Shown in pieces: positions 1 to 64,000 of a stretch of DNA of 64,000 nt (position 1 is the first letter of the stretch; the number at the start of each line of letters is the position of its first letter). The position numbers and the translations under genes are program-made. Origin of the DNA: Octopus bimaculoides (Eukaryota); assembly GCF_001194135.2 (NCBI RefSeq), contig NC_068988.1:55231063-55295062 (forward strand), in the 5' to 3' direction. The notes under the pieces are model-generated. The model saw nothing but the letters and a program-made list of their open reading frames with translations. It had not been told where the DNA came from and did no database searches.

Positions 1-304
1 ATAAATCATATTTATTTCTGACTGCTTTGTTTTTTCATTCTTAATTAGACTGAGAAGAAAATTTGTAATTTTCTCTCATTTAATTAAAAAAAATTTCTTT
101 TTTTCCTTTTTGTTGCTTGCTTCTATTATTCAAACAATACTTCAATACCTTGTTGATATCTTCCTAACAGTTCTAATTAAATAAACAAACTTGAAATTAC
201 CCTTTTGGCTAAAGGTGAATTACAACTGGACATAGCTAATTGATAATAATAATAATGATAATAATAATAGTAGTAGTAGTAATAATAATAGTGATGATAA
301 TAAT

Positions 305-575
305 CAGGACCTAGCCATTGAGTTACAGAGACTATGGATAGTGCAGGTAAAATGTATTGCTGTAGTTATTGGTGCATTAGGAACTATCCTGAAAGATTTG
401 AACAGATGGGTAGAAGAAATAGGCATAAAACCCAGTTTAGTACAGCTCCAGAAAACAGTGTTATTAGGGACAGCTAGGATACTTAGGAAGGTTCTTGGCA
501 TCTAAGGTTACTTGTTGCCTGATGTTAGGAATTTTTCTTTTCCAATAGTCTAATCTGTTGAGTGTATATAAAATA
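305..575 (+). mobile_element. 3' end of an R4/Dong-clade (RLE) non-LTR retrotransposon embedded in an (AAT)n tract
   Basis: 305-505 reads QDLAIELQRLWIVQVKCIAVVIGALGTILKDLNRWVEEIGIKPSLVQLQKTVLLGTARILRKVLGI*, the typical RLE C-terminus (VVIGALG...LQK..LLGTA.ILRKVL); flanked by TAA repeats. Confidence 0.8.
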
Positions 576-580
576 ATAAT

Positions 581-790
581 GGTTTCAAATTTTGCCACAA
601 GGCCAGCAAGTTCGGGGGAGGGGGTAAGTTGTTTACATTGACCCCAGTGCTTGACTGATACTTATTTTATTGACCCTGAAAGGACAAACGGCGAAGTTGA
701 TTTCAGTGAAATTTGAACTCAGAACATAACAGATGAAATGCTCTTAAGCATTTTACACAGCATGCTAACAATTCTGCCACCTCAGCTCCT
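581..790 (-). mobile_element. tRNA-derived SINE family B (MetaSINE-like core)
   Basis: Minus strand: GGCAGAATTGTTAGCATG (A box), GAGTTCAAATT (B box), CCTTTCAGGGTCAATAAAATAAGTATCAG core. Recurs more than 10 times in the window. Confidence 0.8.
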
Positions 791-826
791 TTTTATTATT
801 ATTATTAATAATAACAATAATAATAA

Positions 827-1041
827 TCCTTTCTATTATAGGTACAAAGCCTGAAATTCGGGGTGAGGGGTTTAGTTGATTACATCGACCCCAATGTTTC
901 AATGGTCCTTAATTTATCGACCCTGAAAGGATGAAAGGCAAAGTTGACCTTGGTGGAATTTGAACTCAGAACATAGCGGCTGATGAAATACTGCTAAGCA
1001 TTTCACCCGGCATGCTAATGATTCTGCCAGCTCACTGCCTT
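827..1041 (-). mobile_element. SINE family B copy
   Basis: Same A/B boxes and core as 581-790; flanked by (AAT)n and (AAC)n. Confidence 0.85.
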
Positions 1042-1077
<36 letters not shown>

Positions 1078-1784
1078 AATAATATCATTGTATGTTCTTT
1101 TGTTCGCTATTTACAGACTAGTTATAAGACATTACTTATTCTAAATGCTCTTAGTAAGTTAACCTTTTAGGAGAACTAAATGACTACTTTACAAGACTGG
1201 CCTGTATCAACAAAAATTAGTTCAGTAAAATTATTTAAAAAAGTAAATTGCACTGTTCCTAAAAGGGGTCTTCTTTAGAAAAGGGCCTTTTTTCACTTCT
1301 CTTCTTTGACTAATGTAATCTGTTTTTTAAAATTTTATCTCTTCCACACTACATGGCTAGCTGGCAGCACAACGTAATAGCTACTATATATAACTATTCT
1401 AACTGTAAACACTTCTATAAATAAGTTAACCATTTGTATAACCTTTTTGCCTTGCGTATATAAACTGCAAGACCTGTTCAATGGGTTGAACTGTAAAGAA
1501 GGCTGCCAAGAGATATAAAGTATATAAAAATACAATTTTAGTGTGAAAATAAAATTGTAGTATTTCTGCTTATCCTTGACTGAAAAGAGCTTAATTTTAT
1601 GTTTAATTAATGTTCTCTTTATGTCATCTGCTGGACTTAGTTAATTTTACTGCAATAAATTATTGGAACATTTCAATATTGTCTGCTCTATTCTCTCAAG
1701 AGAATTCGGATTTAGATCTTAAACAGAGGTTGGTTGTGTGTATGTGTGCGCGTGTGTGTGTACTCCTGACTGTCATCATCCTCG

Positions 1785-2190
1785 TCATATTTTAACATCC
1801 ACTTTTCCTTGCTGGCATGCATCAGACAGAATTTGTTGAGGCAGATCTTCTACAACCAGATGCTCTTCCTCTCACTAACCCTTGGCTGTTTCCATACAAG
1901 TAATATTTCCCTGTAGCCAGGCATGTATTTTTTGGAAGGTTGGAAACAAATATCTCTTGTATGACAGTAATATTCATTTACAACCATCACATGATGTCTA
2001 GACATGGGTACACGTGCACATGCACACACACACGTTTCTTTCAGTTTCCATCTATCAGATTCACCCACAGGAATTTGTTTGGCCTGGGGCTAAAGTAGAA
2101 AACATTTGCCCATGGTATTATGCAGTAGGCCTGAACCCAAGATTACATGGTTGGGAAGCAAACTTCTTAACCACACAGCCATACCTGTGT
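1785..2190 (-). mobile_element. Composite SINE: family A tRNA head + (TG)n + tail D ending ...GGAAAAGTGGATGTTAAAATATGACG
   Basis: Aligns by eye with copies at 8040-8415, 12596-13035, 32305-32740, 33375-33785. Confidence 0.75.
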
Positions 2191-3588
2191 ATGTACGTTG
2201 CATTATGTTGTATATATTACTGTATTACAAATGAAGATATCAGGTGTGGATCAGTTGTAGTGGGTCTTCTAAATATGATCGTGTGTGTGTGTATGCACAC
2301 GCATTGCACATGTGTAACATTGTACCTTGCAAAATAGGCTGAAAGCATATTAATTGAATAAATAACAATGTAACAAATATTGGTTTGTGTATGAATGAGA
2401 TGTGACTGCACTATCACAAATATTTATTTATGTATGACACAGATTAAGTAGATCATGAAATATTTTGAAATACCAGAATGTTGTGGACTTCTGCATGAAA
2501 TAGATAATTGAAGAGTTGTTGTGTAAGAAAACTGAACCAGTTATTTTATTTGGAAAAAACCAAAAAACCCCAAAGAAACTTATGGTCTTGATAATAATGG
2601 TAATGCTTTCATCATCATCATCATCATCATCATTAAGAGATCTGTGACTGGTTAGGAAATGATGCCAGCCGTTCAAGATGTGTGTGAAATAACATCAATA
2701 CCATTATTAACAGGCTTCTAGAGATCAGTAGAAATGTCTTGACCTTTATTTTAATAATACCCACAAAGGTCAATTTCAGTGTGGCTGCCAGTCACTGAGT
2801 GTCGTTGGAGCAGTTTTTAGTTATCTATGGGATCGGAGGTGGGTGCATCAAATGTTAAATATTAAGGTTCACACTAAGTTTCTAATGTATTTGTGTTTCA
2901 TTTTTGATGTGATTGATGTACAAGTGAGTATCAATGCATCAAATTATGTTTGGTGGTGGTGATGGTGGTGGTGGTTTGGGTTGAAAAGAAAAGAGTGATG
3001 GCGGCGGTGGTGGTGTTGATGATGGAAAAAGAATATTTAAAACTTAAGGGGATTAATAGCGTTTCCCATCTCCATGGACACATAATCATCAATTAATATT
3101 TCAATAGATGGACAAAGACAGGAAAGGGCATCTCACTAAATGTTGAAGTGTGTTATCATTTATTACTACTTGGTGGTGGTGGTGGTGGTGGAGGTGAAGG
3201 AGTGTGGTTGGTCTTGTGCCAATGTTAGAAATCCTTAATACTTGATGGTGGTGGAGTGTGGTGGAGTGAGGTGAAAGGATTTTTTTTTTTTTCAGGGATG
3301 TGAAAGAGAAATGACACTTTGAGGAATAAAAGTGGAGGCTTAATATGTATGTGATAAGAGAATGAATGAAAAGAAGCAGTGTGGTTTGAAAATAGGTTGG
3401 GTATTTGACAGCTAGATGATGGTAGTGGTAGTGGTGGTGGTGGCAGCAGCAGCAGCTTTATGTTGGGTTTTGGCAGATAAAGATGTAAACAGGCTGGCTT
3501 GTCTTGTAGAACTGAGTCATTGTTTAGACTGACTTAATGTTTCTGCAAAGAACCTAAGATGCATCTAATGAGATGTTTTATTGTTGAT

Positions 3589-3630
<42 letters not shown>

Positions 3631-3814
3631 CGTGTGTGTATATGTATACATTCCATGTGTACACATGCTCTACATATCTGTATCTGTCAGTCTGTCAATG
3701 TTCGCATAAATACACACTCTACATGCACACACACATGCATGTACACACACACACACACACACACACACTTTCTATCTATATGTACATTGTACCCATTCCT
3801 CACTCACACATACA

Positions 3815-3852
<38 letters not shown>

Positions 3853-4904
3853 CTGAAATAGAGAAATAGTCTACAGTCTACATGCACGTATATACAGACA
3901 GTCTACATGGAGATGCGTGCATAGTTTATAAGCAAGTAGACCTTCAGCTACACAGGCAAATGTCCTACGCAAATACTTGTAACAAGCAAATGTGCCACAT
4001 ATGTTATGCACAAACAGCAGTATTGCACGAACCAAACAAACACGTACAAAGATATTAAACCTATGCACACATACTACATATTTTCAGTCACACATCAGAT
4101 GCATATATATAATTATAGTTTTACTCTATTTATAGTCACATTTTAATATGATGGTATGGGAGACTCTGTATTGGGTGTGCAAAACTGTACCTCTCCAACT
4201 TATTCTCTTATTTTCTCTCTGATAGATTTGTTGATTGTGTTTGGTTCCTAAAATAGAATGTCACCAACTCTCAATATAGCATGTTAAAAGATAGGAATGT
4301 TTGCCAATAATATTTGAGTCTTCAGGTCACAATGTGTATTATATGTATGTTTTGCAGCCTGAACTATTTTTTTTTTTTTCATGTATTTATGAAATATATC
4401 TAAGCCTCATCCATCACAAGAGAGAAGAAATATGATGTTAGTGTATTTTGTCAAGGACATTAGCTTTGTAAATGTAATGACATGACTATCCAGGAAATGA
4501 GAATAGTTTACATACATAGCTTGTTGAAGTTTACATTTATCCTGTAACAAAATATAACTAATTTCTTTCTAATATTAAAATGTTACTGTCACTTCAAGAT
4601 TGATGTATTAGAAATATAAAATAAAAGTAGTCTAAAGAAGTGGGCTAGTACTCATAAGCCTTTGGAGGCCTTCTCTGATAGGTAAGATTATTAAAGTTGG
4701 TTTTTAGTTTATGCATTTGTGGGTTGATGCTGGGGAAAGAAATCTGAGTAGGAAAAACATTCGAAAGAGTCCAGTTGTGGGAAAGAATAGCAAGGAGCTA
4801 GGTACGACAGACAGGTTGAGTCAGGAAAGCAGGTGCATATCTTGGCTTGTTCAGTGGGTCAGAAACCATTGTACAAAAAGGACACATGTAGATGAGTTTG
4901 TTGT

Positions 4905-5090
4905 TTAACTCAGGTCAGCTCTGAGCAAGCAGATCTATGATTAAAAGCATTCTAGCTGTAACCACTCTTTCTTATTTTCAGATTTAGTGCGTCTAGGTCT
5001 ATATTATTCAATGTGTCCTATCCCTTTTGAGAGGATAAGGCTCAATTTGGAGGAAATTTAGCTATTTCAGGTAGGTCAGGTGACTGTGTG
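4905..5090 (-). repeat. Dispersed repeat family F (unclassified, ends AAACAACAA)
   Basis: Shares CTAGAAATAGC and GGTCTGACCTG...AAACAAC segments with 12050-12250, 22660-22830 and 41830-42020. Confidence 0.55.
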
Positions 5091-5233
5091 TTTGCTCCCC
5101 TATTGGGTGAGTAAAGGTTTGCCTGTCAGATAGCTTTGGGTGGAGTGTGACATAGTGTGTTAGTGGGGGTAGCAGATGTTCTGTATCACCCGTGAATGGT
5201 ACTCTTGCTTAGTTTGGATCATACAATATAGCC

Positions 5234-5305
5234 ACCTTATGCCTCATGAGCTACCTTATGCCTCATGAGCTACCTTATGCCTCATGAGCTACCTTATGCC
5301 TCATG
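5234..5305. repeat. Perfect 19-bp minisatellite (ACCTTATGCCTCATGAGCT)x3.8
   Basis: Units start at 5234, 5253, 5272, 5291 with no mismatches. Confidence 0.95.
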
Positions 5306-6391
5306 CACTTATTAATTTTTAGAAGGCATCCAACTTTATCCGACTATTATACAAGTAAGATCAATGTTTATGGATTTACAGGAAATTAAACCAACCGATG
5401 TTTGTTATAATATAGAGTGATGAAAAAAATAATTAGAGCTGAATAAAGATTGTTGGACGACAGTGGTTTGATGGGAGTTCAGTGTTGAGAGGTTCATAGT
5501 AATGCTATGGTAATAGAAACAGAGCTTTAGCCAGATAGAAGTAGTATTGCCATGAGTTCAGAATAAAGGATGAGAATTGGTTTATGGACATTGGGTAGTA
5601 AGAGGTAATTGGAATAGAGTTATATTAACATTTGATGATAGCACCGTATTTGATAACATAGATGCCGTCATATTAGAGGAATTCCAGTTTTAGTATTGCA
5701 TATTTAGGAAAGAAAGTTTTTAGTGCATAAAAGCTTATGAAAAGCCCAGCTTCACATATAGGACCTGTGTTTTTTTTTGTTTTTTTTTTGGTGCATTTTA
5801 TATACCATCCAATACTGTATATAGTGATTGAAGTAGTTGTAGTAGAGCTTATATGGGACAAGCATATGAAGATAGTGGATTGTTTTCATGTCAGAAGTTA
5901 TCTACTAGAGCATGAATGTATATTGTTAACTAATGTCAGCATTGGTCATGGTGTAGGTGGGGGCTCGAATATAAGTCGGTAGAAGAAGCAATTATGAAAG
6001 CAGTTTCAGAGACAGAATTTTACACCCACCTATATTTCCTGAGTGAAGGTGGATTGCCTTAGTGATCAGTGTGTTGCACTTATCACAAGATTGTGATCTC
6101 AATTCCTAGATCAGATGGTGCATTGTGTTCTTAAAGCATTTAATTTCACATTGCTTGTCTGTAAGTGAGAAACCTTGCTATGGAATGGAATCCAGTTCAG
6201 TGGGCATGTTGTGATCTTGGTCATTTACATGCAATGGAAACTGGGTATCCAGTTCGATGAGTTCCAAGACTGATGACAGTAATACCATATTTTCTAGTTG
6301 CAAGAACACAATTCAATTCATTTTATTGTTATTGTTTGTCTGTAAGTACATGTATGATGAAAACCTTTAAGCCTCCAAGATTTTGCTATGA

Positions 6392-61849
<55,458 letters not shown>

Positions 61850-62001
61850 GTTTGTAGACTATGACTTTATTTCTTTTTTTTTATCATATACAATGTACAT
61901 ATACAATGTATATATACAATATTAATATAGTAGTTTATAAGGCAAAAAAATTTAATGAAACAAGTGTCAGCTTGCATCTGCAAAAATCAGTAAGGTTTAT
62001 A

Positions 62002-62722
62002 ATGGAAAGCGACAAAGGAGCATATTCAGCATATTTTGCTTCATGAGTTCAATAAAGGCAAAAATGCAATGGAAAGTGTGAGGAATATTAATGCAGTATA
62101 AGGGGATTGGACAATAAGTGTAAGTCAGTGTCAACGGTGCTTCCAGAAATTCTGAGCCGGAAACTACAGCCTAGAAGAGCCTTGTCCTGGAAGATCTGTA
62201 GAGCTTGGCAAGGATGTCCTGCAAACCCTGGTGGAACAAAATCCCATCATAACTGTTGAGGAAGTAGCAGAGAAGCTTGGATTTGGTGATTCAACCACTC
62301 ATTCAAGTCAGCGCTAGAAGAAAAATGACCATCTTTGGTTTCAAGATGAAAGGTGTTCTTCCATTAGGATAATACACAGCAAGGATGACATTCCAAAGAC
62401 AGTTTGAATGGGAGACAATACCCCACCCACCATATTTGCCAGATATTGCCCCATCTGATTAGCATTTATTCCACAGTCTTCAAAATCATTTGGATGGAAA
62501 AATATTAATTCTGTATTTGAGGTCAGAACAGTAGTGGAGGAGTATTTATCATCACAGACACATGAATTTTGGAAGAGGGGCCTTGCAAGTCTACCAGATA
62601 GATGGAAGAGCATTGTAGAAAATGAAGGAGAATATATTTTAGATTCAGAAACAACTTTGTGTATCTTAATTTTGAAAAATAAAACAAGTATAAAAAACTG
62701 CATCATTTATAGGGTGATCCAA
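62002..62722 (+). mobile_element. Internally deleted copy of the 40136-41360 mariner family
   Basis: ATGGAAAGCGACAAAGGAGCATATT start, HPPYLPDIAPSD and FWKRGLASLPDRWKSIVENEGEYI remnants, right TIR AAAAAACTGCATCATTTATAGGGTGATCCAA followed by (TA)n. Confidence 0.9.
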
Positions 62723-62749
62723 TATATATATATATATATATACACACAA

Positions 62750-62793
<44 letters not shown>

Positions 62794-63013
62794 GTATTAT
62801 ATGTAAATATATATACACATACACACACATATATATATAAATATATATATACACATACACATATATATATATATATATATACATACATCTCATTGTGTTT
62901 AATGTTTTTTTGTGATGTCCTGTACCCATATATGCATGTATGTATACATATAGATGTAGGTATGTACATATATGTATGGATATATGCATATATTTATATA
63001 TTATTTATTTATA

Positions 63014-63047
<34 letters not shown>
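62723..63047. repeat. (TA)n/(CA)n-rich low-complexity tract
   Basis: Directly visible; begins at the mariner TA target site. Confidence 0.9.
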
Positions 63048-63049
<2 letters not shown>

Positions 63050-64000
63050 CAATGTTAATTCTCTAAATGAAGTATTAACAGTAACTGCACGATAAGGTGA
63101 AGTGTATTGCCACTTATATATATATATAAGTAAAAACAAATCTCTGAGCGAGATGTAAACAGTAGCTGCACGACATCATGAAGTATATTTGCCACCTAAA
63201 TGTGGCTAACCCTTAAGGGTCGATGCTACTGTAGCTTGTAGCCCCAGGAAGACATCTTCTCCAAAAATGCAATAGAGGACATTAAAACATTCGCACAGAT
63301 AGATGATACAAAAGCGGACAAGAGAAACAACAATTAGAAAGACAGGCAAGAAAAGACAGGTCATTTGTGGCTTTCTTTCCTCAGTCAAGTTCCAGTAGTT
63401 ATGACCATTTCGGGCAGTTACACTTGAGATGGTTCGATCTGGTTGTCCCCAAAAATGTCTAAGTTAAGAGCATTAGACCCCTTTTTAAGAAAGGTTGCGA
63501 ATTTGCACGGCAACAAAGACAAAAAGCAACCAAACAAAAAGATGGAGAACATGGTACACAATTACGAATACAAACAACAAGAAATAACAACAGGTGTCTT
63601 TTGACTGAGAACGAATCAAATTGAGCTGGCTTGTATGAAGTGAAAGCCTAAAGGCAGGAACATAGGAGATGGATGTAAGAGGTGTTGGCGGTTGGTAGTC
63701 AGGCCAAGAAAGAAAGATCATGGCTGGCCGAACACCGGTTACGTGGAAGGAGGAGGGATGGATAGGGGGCAGCGAGATTGAAGGATTAGAAAAAAAAATC
63801 AGAGACAAAGAGAAAGGTACGGGGGAGATAAATGAGTGAGAAATAGCGGGAGTTAAAGAAAGAGAGGGCCAAGAAATGTGAGAGAGGGTGATCAAGAAAA
63901 AGGAAGGAAAATGAGAAGGGGAAATAAAAGTTAGAGTAAGAGTCGTACATACATATATGTATATATATATAGATACACACACATATATATATATATATAT

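Noticed and set aside
3559-3869. ORFs with poly-CV, HT, SL, ER, M or IT runs (also 22037-22431, 25342-25626, 38249-38493, 62666-62989)
   Set aside because: These are translations of microsatellites with no coding signal.
5234-5305. CRISPR-like array
   Set aside because: The repeats are contiguous with no spacers, the context is a eukaryotic intron, and there are no cas genes.
63375-63445. GAAA-TG-GTC and CTGAGGA on the minus strand as a permuted hammerhead
   Set aside because: The required stem II strands do not pair.

Overview
This is AT-rich, microsatellite- and SINE-dense eukaryotic genomic DNA with four N gaps. The repeat landscape is most consistent with an octopod cephalopod scaffold, which is an inference and not a database match. 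The window lies inside one + strand gene, a Rho-associated coiled-coil kinase (ROCK). I could assemble 17 GT-AG coding exons from 6476 to 61849 (1860 nt, 620 codons, continuous frame). They cover the N-terminal extension, the complete AGC kinase domain, the hydrophobic motif and the start of the coiled coil. The first coding exon was not found, and the RBD/PH/C1 exons lie beyond the right edge. The introns hold several tRNA-derived SINE families, RTE and R4/Dong LINE 3' remnants, three mariner relics (one with both TIRs), hAT/Tc1-type MITEs with intact TSDs and two long foldback elements. They also hold Penelope-type hammerhead-like motifs. The most interesting points are a frame-critical 28-nt microexon and alternative processing signals right after the kinase domain, the hammerhead-like motifs, long intronic dsRNA hairpins, and in-window evidence for LINE-SINE tail sharing. 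No prokaryotic features, CRISPR arrays, rRNA or true tRNA genes are supported.
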